From a virus, in the IMG/VR virus record IMGVR_UViG_3300025121_000006: a DNA stretch of 45,959 nt. One strand, written 5' to 3'. Position 1 is the stretch's first letter; every line of letters begins with the position of its first letter. The notes below the pieces were generated by a model. That model ran no database searches. It saw nothing but the letters and a program-made list of their open reading frames with translations, and had not been told where the DNA came from. Shown here one piece after another: positions 1-8,272 of the stretch. The position numbers were made by a program, and so were the translations under genes.

Positions 1-127
1 CTTTATTGACAGCATACCGAGGATAGCCGGCGCGGTCGATGCGATGGCGCTGGTTAAGGCAGAGGGGGTTATAGCGTTCGCATACGAAGAGCCGCAGCAA
101 GAAGACAAGGAAACGGATTTATTGGAC
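1..127. repeat. terminal direct repeat, copy 1 (identical to 45833-45959)
   Basis: Base-by-base identity of 127 nt at both window ends. Confidence 0.95.
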
Positions 128-139
128 GCGGATTTTTAA
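2..139 (+). CDS. C-terminal part of the hypothetical protein that starts at 45645 and crosses the circular junction
   Basis: The frame opened at 45645 is still open at the window end. The duplicated bases keep the phase, and the stop TAA at 137-139 lies inside a TTAACCACGAAGG element. Confidence 0.6.
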   Translation, partial: FIDSIPRIAGAVDAMALVKAEGVIAFAYEEPQQEDKETDLLDADF

Positions 140-224
140 CCACGAAGGGCACGAAGGGAAAAAAGATATGAACCACAGATTAACACAGATTTACACGGAT
201 TAAGAAATTAGAAATTAGAAATAA
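136..224 (+). repeat. junction element: A units, then B-like units (CACAGATT x2, CACGGATT), then GAAATTA heptamers x3
   Basis: TTAACCACGAAGGGCACGAAGGG; AACCACAGATTAACACAGATTTACACGGATTAAG; GAAATTAGAAATTAGAAATA. Confidence 0.9.
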
Positions 225-229
225 AGAAA

Positions 230-249
230 AGACGCAAAATGTTGCGTCT
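230..249 (+). other. perfect 8-bp hairpin upstream of the scaffold-like gene
   Basis: AGACGCAA-AATG-TTGCGTCT, with no U-tract. Confidence 0.5.
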
Positions 250-282
250 CTACGAACAATAAAAATTTGAAAGGATTCAAAA

Positions 283-1104
283 ATGCCATATCTGGATGAA
301 CAGGGACAGTTTACGGAGGATTTCAAGACGGCACTGCCGGAATTTATCGGCGAGGGCTACAAGGACGAACAGGGCAACACCACTAAGGTATTTGACGACG
401 TCAAGGATATCAGGGGCCTTGCTAAAAGTTTCTTCGATACCAAGCGAATGGTGGGTAAGAAGCTTGAGGGCGTTATCCAAAAGCCCGGCGAAAAGGCGAC
501 CGACCAGGAAAAGGCGGCCTACCGGGCACAACTGGCGGCGGAGATGGGAGCTCCTAAGGATGCCAAAGAATATAAGTTCTTTCGCGACCCCAATACCAAG
601 GATGGCCAGTACAGCCAGAAGGCCGAGGATTCGCTGCGAGCGATCGCCCATAAGCACGGAGTACCGGCAGCGTTCATGGAAGAGGCCAGCAAGACCTTAT
701 TCGAGGCACAGAGCGAGGAACTGACTAATTTAATGGCAAAGCAGGCCGACGACGCCCAAAAGGAGTTTGAGGCCGATTCGGCGGCGATAAAAAAAGACTG
801 GCTCGGCGACGCGATAAAGGTAAAACCGCGCCACGCCTTGAACGCGATGGCAGAGTTCATGACCAAGGAGAGTTTCGCCAAGCTGCAGGAGGCGAAAGTA
901 TTCGATACGCCCGACGACCTGGCTAAGTGGCGACAGCTGGGGATAAGCCCGGCGCAATTGCGGGTATGGGCCAATATCGGCGAGAAGATGAAATCGCCGG
1001 AATTCATACGCGGCAGTAACGCCGACGCCGGCGGCAAGGACAGCCCGAGAGCCAAGGCGATGAGGATGTATCCAAACAGCCCGGCTCTTTGGCCGAAAGA
1101 ATAA
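283..1104 (+). CDS. putative capsid scaffolding protein
   Basis: 273 aa, A/E/K-rich and helical-looking, no Cys. It lies upstream of the capsid gene, and its N-terminal part resembles podovirus scaffold proteins. Confidence 0.5.
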   Translation: MPYLDEQGQFTEDFKTALPEFIGEGYKDEQGNTTKVFDDVKDIRGLAKSFFDTKRMVGKKLEGVIQKPGEKATDQEKAAYRAQLAAEMGAPKDAKEYKFFRDPNTKDGQYSQKAEDSLRAIAHKHGVPAAFMEEASKTLFEAQSEELTNLMAKQADDAQKEFEADSAAIKKDWLGDAIKVKPRHALNAMAEFMTKESFAKLQEAKVFDTPDDLAKWRQLGISPAQLRVWANIGEKMKSPEFIRGSNADAGGKDSPRAKAMRMYPNSPALWPKE

Positions 1105-1133
1105 ACAGCCGTTTAACCACGAAGGACACGAAG
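1104..1133 (+). repeat. junction element: AACAGCC box + A units
   Basis: AACAGCCGTTTAACCACGAAGGACACGAAG followed directly by ATG. Confidence 0.9.
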
Positions 1134-1307
1134 ATGCCGATTATTAAACAAAGTAACGACAAAAAACCTAACATGGTTACAAAAAAACGCAAATATTATT
1201 GGGGAAAAGCCAGTAAGTTTTTCGTTTTTAGATGTTGGGTGAATCAATGTTGCATTGCGTTTCATTTCTGTGGGTATGAGTTTGCAGCGTGGAAGCGTAT
1301 TGTGTAA
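1134..1307 (+). CDS. small hypothetical protein (doubtful)
   Basis: The ATG directly follows an A-type element (GAAGGACACGAAG-ATG). The stretch is AT-rich and basic and could be non-coding. Confidence 0.25.
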   Translation: MPIIKQSNDKKPNMVTKKRKYYWGKASKFFVFRCWVNQCCIAFHFCGYEFAAWKRIV

Positions 1308-1335
1308 TCAGCGAAATCTGCGTAATCAGCGTTAA
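1305..1335 (-). repeat. junction element: C units, reverse orientation
   Basis: TAATCAGCGAAATCTGCGTAATCAGCGTTAA. Confidence 0.9.
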
Positions 1336-1364
1336 AAAAGGATTTGAAATAAGGAATTAAGAAA

Positions 1365-1607
1365 ATGGATATAAACAGTTTAAGGATCGATAAGCAGATA
1401 ACGGCGGCTGATATGCCAAATATCATCTTTTGTCTCTGCAAAGTGGTTCAGGATAAGGGCGGCAGGGTCGTTTTGCCGCGAGAGGCTATTAAGAACCTGC
1501 CCAAGGGCGCTGGCATCGAAATAGAGTACCTCCAGCAGGGCGATTGTTTCCGGATAACCGCGCACGGAACCAAGCCGATAAACCTGCGGATAGTGACGGG
1601 CAACTGA
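1365..1607 (+). CDS. hypothetical protein, possible AbrB/SpoVT-like fold
   Basis: 80 aa with an SD-like AAGGAA upstream. The 'GRVVLPREAIKNL..G..IEIEY' pattern is weakly AbrB-like. Confidence 0.4.
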   Translation: MDINSLRIDKQITAADMPNIIFCLCKVVQDKGGRVVLPREAIKNLPKGAGIEIEYLQQGDCFRITAHGTKPINLRIVTGN

Positions 1608-1615
1608 ACAGCGGG

Positions 1616-1631
1616 CTTTTGTTAACAATTG
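1616..1631. promoter_or_regulatory. palindromic box CTTTTGTTAACAATTG, copy 1 (upstream of the capsid operon)
   Basis: 16 nt identical to 41060-41075. The core TTGTTAACAA is a perfect 10-bp palindrome, and an AT-rich promoter-like stretch follows. Confidence 0.5.
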
Positions 1632-1694
1632 ATGATTTTTTTATTGAATTATAAAAATTTCAAGTACAAGATGTCATTATGAAAAGTAAATAGT

Positions 1695-1812
1695 GTTTTT
1701 TCAGACTACTCGCCGAAAGGCGGGCCTGATGCTTACCGCAAAGTGCGGAAGGTCTAAACAGCCTTTAAGTGTCAGGGGGCCTGATGTTCGTCAGATTACT
1801 CCCGAAAAAAAG
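1695..1812 (+). ncRNA. structured 5' leader of the capsid gene (candidate cis-regulatory RNA)
   Basis: Hairpins CGCC-GAAA-GGCG and CCGCA-AAG-TGCGG. The internal direct repeats CAGAYTACTC and GGGCCTGATG each occur twice. Confidence 0.35.
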
Positions 1813-1847
1813 AAGTTTTAACAATCTTTATTTTGGAGTAATTAAAA

Positions 1848-2876
1848 ATGGCTACACTAGGAAACACTGAATTAACCCTTGCCGAAATTCTGCGGCGGGA
1901 GGACCCGAAAGGTCAGCTTCGAGACATCACAGACGTCATATCGAAAGTAAACCAGTTCCAGGACTCGACCTGGATAGAGTGCAATAACGGAACATATCAC
2001 GAGGATGGCCGCCTTGTCAGTAAGCCCGCCGGTTCCCTGCGTATCTACGGGACGGGCGTTTCGGGCGAATCGGCGATAACCGAAGTTATCACGGAACCCA
2101 CCCAGATGCTGGCAGGTCTCTCAAAGGTCGATGCCAAAAAGATTGAGCATTCAGCCAATCCGGCAGGTCTGCGTGCCCAGGAGGATGGTTTCTTTATTTC
2201 CGGCATGTGGGAAACCCACCTTGCCCATATCTTTACCGGCAACCGGGCAACTAACCCCATCCAGATCAACGGTATAAACAACCGGGCCGATTACAACACG
2301 CTGTCAAGCGATTATGTCTATGACAACGCGGGCGGCAACGCAAGCGCCACGGCCAATAAGACAAGTATCTATATCGTGCAGTGGGGCGCGAAAAAGGTCA
2401 ACCTGACCTATCCGCGTAACGATAGCCCCGCCGGCGGCTCAATGCCCATCAAGGTCGAGGATTACAGTAAAGACCTCGAAACAGACCCGAACGCCTCGAC
2501 AAAGCAGCTTCCGATGTACAGGACGTGGTTTGAGGTCAATAACGGCCTGTTTATCCACGACCCGCGATGCATCAAGCGAATCGTCAATATCTCCACCAGT
2601 AATATCGACGGGGTCGATGACTTTTCGTTCGACGAAGAGGTCCTGATCGACGCCTATAACGATATGGAATACGGCGGAGAGGGCGCGGTTATCTACTGCA
2701 ACCGGACCGTCAAGGCCCAGATAATGAAACGGGCCAATGTCAAGGGCAACGCCTACTACGCCACACAGATGGAAGGCGAAGGGCCGTTCGCAAGGCCGGT
2801 GACAAGGTTCTGGGGCATTCCGGTAAGGGAACTATCGACTACGACCATTCCCAATACCGGCGCGCAGATTACATAA
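1848..2876 (+). CDS. major capsid protein
   Basis: 342 aa with a strong SD (TTGGAG) and a long structured leader. It sits between the scaffold-like gene and a strong terminator, and its size and composition are typical of T7-like HK97-fold capsid proteins. Confidence 0.7.
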   Translation: MATLGNTELTLAEILRREDPKGQLRDITDVISKVNQFQDSTWIECNNGTYHEDGRLVSKPAGSLRIYGTGVSGESAITEVITEPTQMLAGLSKVDAKKIEHSANPAGLRAQEDGFFISGMWETHLAHIFTGNRATNPIQINGINNRADYNTLSSDYVYDNAGGNASATANKTSIYIVQWGAKKVNLTYPRNDSPAGGSMPIKVEDYSKDLETDPNASTKQLPMYRTWFEVNNGLFIHDPRCIKRIVNISTSNIDGVDDFSFDEEVLIDAYNDMEYGGEGAVIYCNRTVKAQIMKRANVKGNAYYATQMEGEGPFARPVTRFWGIPVRELSTTTIPNTGAQIT

Positions 2877-2945
2877 ACAGCCGTTTAACCACGAAGGACA
2901 CGAAGAAACACGAAGGAAAAAATTGGAAATTGAAAATTTAAAATA
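2876..2945 (+). repeat. junction element: AACAGCC + A units x3 + AT-rich heptamers
   Basis: AACAGCCGTTTAACCACGAAGGACACGAAGAAACACGAAGG, then GGAAATTGAAAATTTAAAAT. Confidence 0.9.
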
Positions 2946-2957
2946 GGAGATTTTACG

Positions 2958-3410
2958 ATGTTCGATATTAACGAATATTTCACACACGATGGAGCCGGCG
3001 GACTTAGCCAGAGTTTCGCAGCCGACGTCGCACTTAGTACAAATGTCAAGGACCTTGGAGCCGACGGGATGCAGATAGCGGGCGGGCATAAAAAGCCCTC
3101 TGTCTTTATCCACGTAACTACCGCGTTCACAGGCGCGGCAAGCGGCGTGAAAATAACGCTTGAGGACGCCGATAACGCGGCAATATCAAGCAACGCCAGA
3201 GTTTTGTGGCGAAGCGGTATTCTCAACGTCTCGCAATTGGCTGCCGGTACGGTTATAGAGATTCCGCTGCCAGCGGTCGTTTACAAGCGGTATCTTGGCG
3301 TAAGACTGGCCAAGGTATCAGAGGCCGTCACCGCCGGGATCTGGCAGGTTCGGCTCGGACATGCGCCGGAACGCAATATCGCGGCGACAGATATGGACGA
3401 CACAGTATAA
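2958..3410 (+). CDS. putative capsid decoration/cement protein
   Basis: 150 aa immediately after the capsid gene, SD ATAGGAG, followed by a strong rho-independent terminator. The function is inferred from position only. Confidence 0.35.
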   Translation: MFDINEYFTHDGAGGLSQSFAADVALSTNVKDLGADGMQIAGGHKKPSVFIHVTTAFTGAASGVKITLEDADNAAISSNARVLWRSGILNVSQLAAGTVIEIPLPAVVYKRYLGVRLAKVSEAVTAGIWQVRLGHAPERNIAATDMDDTV

Positions 3411-3413
3411 AAA

Positions 3414-3436
3414 CGGGGGTGAAAACCCCCTTTTTT
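3414..3436 (+). terminator. rho-independent terminator after the capsid operon
   Basis: CGGGGG-TGAAAA-CCCCC followed by TTTTTT. Confidence 0.8.
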
Positions 3437-3483
3437 AAAAAAATCAAAAATCAAAACTCAAAATGTAAAAATGAGGTATAAAA

Positions 3484-5898
3484 ATGAAAAAGATAAAAAT
3501 TAACTGGTTGCTTGTTGCCGCTTGTCTGCTGCTGGTTTGTGCCAGTGCTTTAGGCGCGGCGACAAGCTTTAACATTGAGAAAAAGCCGACCGCCGACTGG
3601 TTTCGAAGCGGAGACGCAAAGGATACCGGCTGGGGCTGGGCAAAGGCGATAGATAGACTTGTTTCCGGCGGTTCCGTGACGGGTACGGGCAGTATATTCT
3701 ATGTCGATTCGGGCGTTACCAACGCGGGCGACGGGTCAAGCTGGTCAAACGCGGTCGCTACACTCGATGAGGCGATTGATTTGTGCACTGATGATGCCGG
3801 AGACGTAATCTATGTCGCGGAGGGACATGCCGAAAATATTTCAGGAGCCGGAACTGTAACTTGCGACAAAAGCGGCGTAACGATTATCGGCTACGGAAGT
3901 GGTGATTTGCGGCCAACGTTCACATGGACTGCTGCCGCTGGCACCTGGATAGTTTCCGATAATGCGGTGATGGTCTATAATTGCCGGTTCACCGCCGGAA
4001 TAAGTGCGGTAGTTACGGGCTTTTCGGTTTCCGCCACTGGCGATGCGTTTACCTTGACCGGATGCGAATTTGTGAATCCGGGGACATCGACCTATGAGTT
4101 TATCAATATGATTACTCTTGCGTCCGGCTCGGACTATGTAACCATTGAAGGCAATAAGATGGTTAGTACCGTATCTACTACCGGCTGCGTCAATGCTATT
4201 CTGGCATCGGCGGGCGTCGTTAATCGGCTTACGATTGTCAACAACGATATACAGGGTAACTTCATTACAACTGGCGCGATTTATTCAAACCAGATAAACA
4301 CTAACTGTTTTATTGGATATAATGCTATTCTGCAAACAGCAACCGGAGTTCCAGCTATTAACTTTACCGCAGCCGCAACTGGTTTTTGTGTTAAAAATGT
4401 ACTGTATTCTGATACATTTGGGACGGCGGGTGTTACTATCCTTGACCCGGGTTCAATGGTATGCGCGGAAAACTACGCCATAAACACTACCGACAAAAGC
4501 GCAATCCTTGTTCCGCCGTTGCCCGCTATCAGTACACAGAGCGTAACGGCAGGTTCGGAGGCGGATATTCTCGCCAAACTGTATTACACCGCGGACGGTA
4601 CAGGCGCATATCCGGCCACAATAGCCACAGATTCAGCTTTGGCTAAAATTATGGTCAAAAGTATTACTCCGGATATTACCGCTTACGACAACGCCACTGA
4701 TTCCTTAGAGGCGCTATCGGATCAATTATTGAAGATTGACGGAGTAACCCTTGCAACCGCTCCTACTGCCGCATCATTGGCTTCATTTATTGCCTCTGGC
4801 GGTGTAGCTCTTGGTACACAACTGGCAACCAGCAAATCTCTCGTTGACGCGCTTGGTTCAAACGGTACTACCGTCGCTGATACCGCGACCGGACTGGCCG
4901 GTATTGTTGGCGTTCCTACTGACGCTGATAATGTGGTGGATTCATCGACAATTGTTTCAAATCCAGACGGTTCAGTTCTCGAACGGCAGGAATATCAGCA
5001 GAAATGTCAGGAGATAATTCTGGCTGTCTCTGGTAGAAGCGTAGCAGGTTCAGCCATGCCTCTCGCCGTTTGGTATGTTGACGGCAATATAGGTTCTTCC
5101 GGAAACGGTAAGAGCCCGGCAGCGGCGTTTAAGACTATCGCCGAGGCGATTACCGCGTGCAGTAATACCGTAGATGACTGGGTATTGATCTATGATTTTA
5201 GCGGCGGCGGAGCGACATTAACGATAGACAAGTCGTTTGTCCATCTTATAGGCAACGCGGTAAAAGGTATGCCGTATCCGAGAATTAAACCGGCTTCCGC
5301 CGTTGCCGGTATTACATTTACCGATTCCGGCGACAGGGTTGAGATAGCTAATTTGGTTATCGGCGGCGGAGACCAGACTGTAGCCGCCATTGATTTTGTT
5401 GACTGTACTACCGGAGCTTACGGTAACTATATCCACGATTGTGTAATCGGACGCGATGCGGATGCCCCGGCTAACGACGGTATTTCAATACCGGCGGGCG
5501 CCGACGCGCCGTATTTGGTTGTGGAAAATTGCACATTTTACGGTACTGCGATGAGCGGTTGCGATCAGTCGGGCATTGATATCGCCGGAAACTGTACGGG
5601 CGGGTCAATACTGAATAACTACTTTGCCGATATTGGCTCATCTACTAATCCGGCAATTAACCTGTCCGGTACGGTTGGCAATATGCGAATTGAAGGTAAT
5701 CGCATTGCCGGGACTGATGATACTGCTGCGGGATGGGGGATAACCTTATCCGCTAATTGCACAAACATTTTCGTTGACGATACCCATGCCGCATCTTCTG
5801 ATGCCGCTGGCGACGCATCAGCTTTTCTTGACAGTGCTGCTGATGAAGCAAACGCTTGGGGTATTAACTACACCGATATCACGGCGGATTTACCATAA
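3484..5898 (+). CDS. right-handed beta-helix tail fibre/tailspike-like protein with N-terminal signal-like peptide
   Basis: 804 aa with repeated 'IEGNKM', 'NNDIQGN' and 'IEGNRI' beta-helix rungs. It is G/T/A/S-rich, and the N-terminus is MKKIKINWLLVAACLLLVCASALG. Confidence 0.6.
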   Translation: MKKIKINWLLVAACLLLVCASALGAATSFNIEKKPTADWFRSGDAKDTGWGWAKAIDRLVSGGSVTGTGSIFYVDSGVTNAGDGSSWSNAVATLDEAIDLCTDDAGDVIYVAEGHAENISGAGTVTCDKSGVTIIGYGSGDLRPTFTWTAAAGTWIVSDNAVMVYNCRFTAGISAVVTGFSVSATGDAFTLTGCEFVNPGTSTYEFINMITLASGSDYVTIEGNKMVSTVSTTGCVNAILASAGVVNRLTIVNNDIQGNFITTGAIYSNQINTNCFIGYNAILQTATGVPAINFTAAATGFCVKNVLYSDTFGTAGVTILDPGSMVCAENYAINTTDKSAILVPPLPAISTQSVTAGSEADILAKLYYTADGTGAYPATIATDSALAKIMVKSITPDITAYDNATDSLEALSDQLLKIDGVTLATAPTAASLASFIASGGVALGTQLATSKSLVDALGSNGTTVADTATGLAGIVGVPTDADNVVDSSTIVSNPDGSVLERQEYQQKCQEIILAVSGRSVAGSAMPLAVWYVDGNIGSSGNGKSPAAAFKTIAEAITACSNTVDDWVLIYDFSGGGATLTIDKSFVHLIGNAVKGMPYPRIKPASAVAGITFTDSGDRVEIANLVIGGGDQTVAAIDFVDCTTGAYGNYIHDCVIGRDADAPANDGISIPAGADAPYLVVENCTFYGTAMSGCDQSGIDIAGNCTGGSILNNYFADIGSSTNPAINLSGTVGNMRIEGNRIAGTDDTAAGWGITLSANCTNIFVDDTHAASSDAAGDASAFLDSAADEANAWGINYTDITADLP

Positions 5899-5904
5899 AT
5901 TAAC

Positions 5905-5928
5905 GGGGCGGGAAACCGCCCCTTTTTT
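5905..5928 (+). terminator. rho-independent terminator
   Basis: GGGGCGG-GAAA-CCGCCCC followed by TTTTTT. Confidence 0.85.
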
Positions 5929-5936
5929 AGTATGTA

Positions 5937-6004
5937 AACCGCGGATTTCGCGGATTACACGGATTGAAAAAACAATCAGCGAAATCTGCGTAATCAGCGG
6001 TTAA
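5937..6004 (+). repeat. junction element: B units, then C units (reverse)
   Basis: AACCGCGGATTTCGCGGATTACACGGATTG ... AATCAGCGAAATCTGCGTAATCAGCGGTTAA. Confidence 0.9.
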
Positions 6005-6018
6005 AAAGGTTTCAGTAA

Positions 6019-6657
6019 ATGGCGATCGATATACAAACCGTAAATCTTGCCCTGTTTATGATAGGGGCGAAAAAGCTTGCCAGTCTTAGTGACGATACCA
6101 AGGCGGCAAGGGAAGCTAATACCGTCGGCGACCAGTGCATCAAAGAGGTCTTTGACCTGCCCATCGACTGGCGGTTCGCCGTAGCCCGCGCCGAGCTTGC
6201 CAGGCTTGCGGTAACTCCGGCGTTCGGTAAATACGATTACTACTACGGCAAGCCGGAAAACTGCCGCCGGATCATAGCGACCGTCGATGAGGACGAGGAT
6301 GATATCGAATATGATTTCGACGAGGAAGTCTATATCGATGGGGCGATTCAGACGGATTGTATAGTGTGCAATGAAGAGGAGGTTTTCGTCAAGTATATCG
6401 TACTTCGCGATAATCCCGCCGTATGGCCGGCGTATTTTAAGAAGCTGGTCGCTATAAGAATCGCGCAGTATCTATCGGGCCCGATGAATCCGGAGGGCAA
6501 GGCCTTTTATAACAAACTGGTATTTTTGTGGGACCAGGCCTACGACGAGGCCAAGAGCGGAAACGCGGCCAGAGGAGCGAGGGTAAACAGCAATAATGAA
6601 CGAATAGACGACGGCAATACGGATATTGTCAATGCCGCCGACCGCGATATGGAATAA
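6019..6657 (+). CDS. tail tubular protein A / adaptor (T7 gp11-like)
   Basis: 212 aa. 'VNLALFMIGAKKLASLSDD...DWRF' and 'VKYIVLRDNPAVWPAYF' are laid out like T7 gp11 'VNDILASIGEPPVSTLEGD...GWTF' and 'VNIIRLRDYDEMPECF'. Confidence 0.65.
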   Translation: MAIDIQTVNLALFMIGAKKLASLSDDTKAAREANTVGDQCIKEVFDLPIDWRFAVARAELARLAVTPAFGKYDYYYGKPENCRRIIATVDEDEDDIEYDFDEEVYIDGAIQTDCIVCNEEEVFVKYIVLRDNPAVWPAYFKKLVAIRIAQYLSGPMNPEGKAFYNKLVFLWDQAYDEAKSGNAARGARVNSNNERIDDGNTDIVNAADRDME

Positions 6658-6724
6658 ACAGGAAGAACACGAAGAAAAGAAATAAACCGCGGATTACGCG
6701 GATTACGCGGATTACACGGATTAA
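6657..6724 (+). repeat. junction element: degenerate A + B units x4
   Basis: AACAGGAAGAACACGAAGAAAAG ... AACCGCGGATTACGCGGATTACGCGGATTACACGGATTAA. Confidence 0.9.
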
Positions 6725-6750
6725 AAGAAGAAAGTAAAGGGTAAATAAAA

Positions 6751-7443
6751 ATGAAAAAGAAAACAGACGAGTTAAACGCTGATTACGCAGATTACAAAAA
6801 TAAATTTGTGAAAATATGTGGAAACCTGCGGTTTAAATTCTTGTTTCTTGTTTTTTGGCTACTGTTTCCTGCGGCGTTTGCCGTCGGGGCGGACGGCTAT
6901 CAGCTTGAGACGGTTCAGAAGGGGGCATGGCTGATATCGGAGGCTGATTCGAACGACACGGCTCTTGATGTCAATACGGCAAGCTGGTCGGTGTGCCAGG
7001 ATTGGCGGCCGGATATACCGGCGTGGGCGAACGGACTAAAAGTGATGTTCTACGCTCAATATGTGGTAGTTGATGAGGTTAATGACCTTAACGAGCCTAA
7101 TGACAGCACTTTCAGTTATCAGTTTTATGTGGCCGATTACGGCGGAAACGCGCAGATTGTCGCAAGCGGCGACGCTACCGTCGGGGCCATGCAGCTTTCG
7201 CACGACCCTGTAACGCTTACCGAATTGAATGACGGCGATGCTGCGTTTCGCTATTGCTGGGTCGATACGCTGGGGGCGATTACAACCGACTGGAAGGGGG
7301 GCGTGACAGCTCAAAATGACGCACTGACCAATGATTGCGCGGCCTTTATATTCGACCGGCAATCGGCGAAAAAGGCATGGTGTCGAATTTACAGCAGGTC
7401 AAACGCCAACCTGAAGATATATTGCATAGCTTACGGCTATTAA
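6751..7443 (+). CDS. hypothetical virion-module protein with signal-like N-terminus
   Basis: 230 aa. A C-type element is translated in frame (ELNADYADY), followed by FKFLFLVFWLLFPAAFA. A GTG at 6808 is an alternative start. Confidence 0.5.
   Translation: MKKKTDELNADYADYKNKFVKICGNLRFKFLFLVFWLLFPAAFAVGADGYQLETVQKGAWLISEADSNDTALDVNTASWSVCQDWRPDIPAWANGLKVMFYAQYVVVDEVNDLNEPNDSTFSYQFYVADYGGNAQIVASGDATVGAMQLSHDPVTLTELNDGDAAFRYCWVDTLGAITTDWKGGVTAQNDALTNDCAAFIFDRQSAKKAWCRIYSRSNANLKIYCIAYGY
6762..6795 (+). repeat. junction element inside the 5' end of a CDS: C units, forward
   Basis: AACAGACGAGTTAAACGCTGATTACGCAGATTAC, read in frame as ELNADYADY. Confidence 0.85.
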
Positions 7444-7456
7444 GAAGGACGCAATT

Positions 7457-8272
7457 ATGCGGTATTTTTTAGTATTGCTTTTGTGTTTTACCTGCCTTGC
7501 GATAGACGGCGGAAGATATCAAACCGATACGTCGCATTATCTTACCTTTGACGGTTCGACCGGATATGTAACCGTGCCGGATAATGCCGCGTTGGATTTT
7601 GGTACGGGCAATTTTAGTATAGCGTTCTGGGCGAAGTGGACTTCGGGGCCTATTTTACGCAGATATACGCAGTATAGTATTTATAAATCAAGTATTTATG
7701 CTAATAAACTTGCGTTAAATATCAACGATGGCATCAATTCCGCAACGGTTAATTGCACCGTTACACCTAGTGTGTGGTGCCATGTGGTTTTTACTGCCGA
7801 CAGGTCTGGTTTCGCCAATGCGTATCTAAATGGAACAATCCAATTGGTCGAAATGTCTCCGATAGATAATGTTACCGGAAGTTTGAGCAGCCCGAGCGAG
7901 CCGTTGTTTGTCGGTTACGATGATTCCAGTGTTTTCCTGAACGGCTCACTTGACGACATCCGCATATACAAAAAAGCATTATCGGGGGCGGAGATACTGG
8001 CTATTTACAATCAGGGCGTCGGTGCGATTATGGCCGGAACGGAGACTGGGTTAAGCTGGGGGACAAATGCCGATGATGGGTCGGGCGATACGGTTACGGA
8101 TATTACAGAAACGGTCAATGGCACTATAACCGGCGGCGTTACATGGTCAGAGGGCGGCGTACCTCTAAAAAAAAAATGCGTGGGCGACAGCGATATGAAT
8201 GGTGATGGAATAGTAGATTTTCTGGATTTTGCGATATTCGCAGCCGACTGGCAGAAAGAAACAAATGATTAA
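7457..8272 (+). CDS. LamG/concanavalin-like lectin domain protein with C-terminal dockerin-like motif
   Basis: 'LNGSLDDIRIYKKALSGAEILAIY' is a LamG hallmark. The C-terminus 'DSDMNGDGIVDFLDFAIFAADW' is dockerin/EF-hand-like. The N-terminus is hydrophobic. Confidence 0.6.
   Translation: MRYFLVLLLCFTCLAIDGGRYQTDTSHYLTFDGSTGYVTVPDNAALDFGTGNFSIAFWAKWTSGPILRRYTQYSIYKSSIYANKLALNINDGINSATVNCTVTPSVWCHVVFTADRSGFANAYLNGTIQLVEMSPIDNVTGSLSSPSEPLFVGYDDSSVFLNGSLDDIRIYKKALSGAEILAIYNQGVGAIMAGTETGLSWGTNADDGSGDTVTDITETVNGTITGGVTWSEGGVPLKKKCVGDSDMNGDGIVDFLDFAIFAADWQKETND

Noticed and set aside
1-127. The terminal repeat as a biological LTR/DTR or as transposon ends.
   Set aside because: The copies are direct and exact, the length is 127 nt (a typical assembler k-mer), and an ORF reads through the join in phase. 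Circular closure is the simplest explanation, although a true DTR cannot be excluded without reads.
8229-8264. N-terminal extensions proposed by the ORF track (8229, 9368, 23578, 40084, 1089, 37710, 38048, 44046).
   Set aside because: These extensions run through the upstream gene's end or through junction elements. Downstream in-frame ATG or GTG codons have SDs or 4-nt stop/start overlaps and are the more likely starts.
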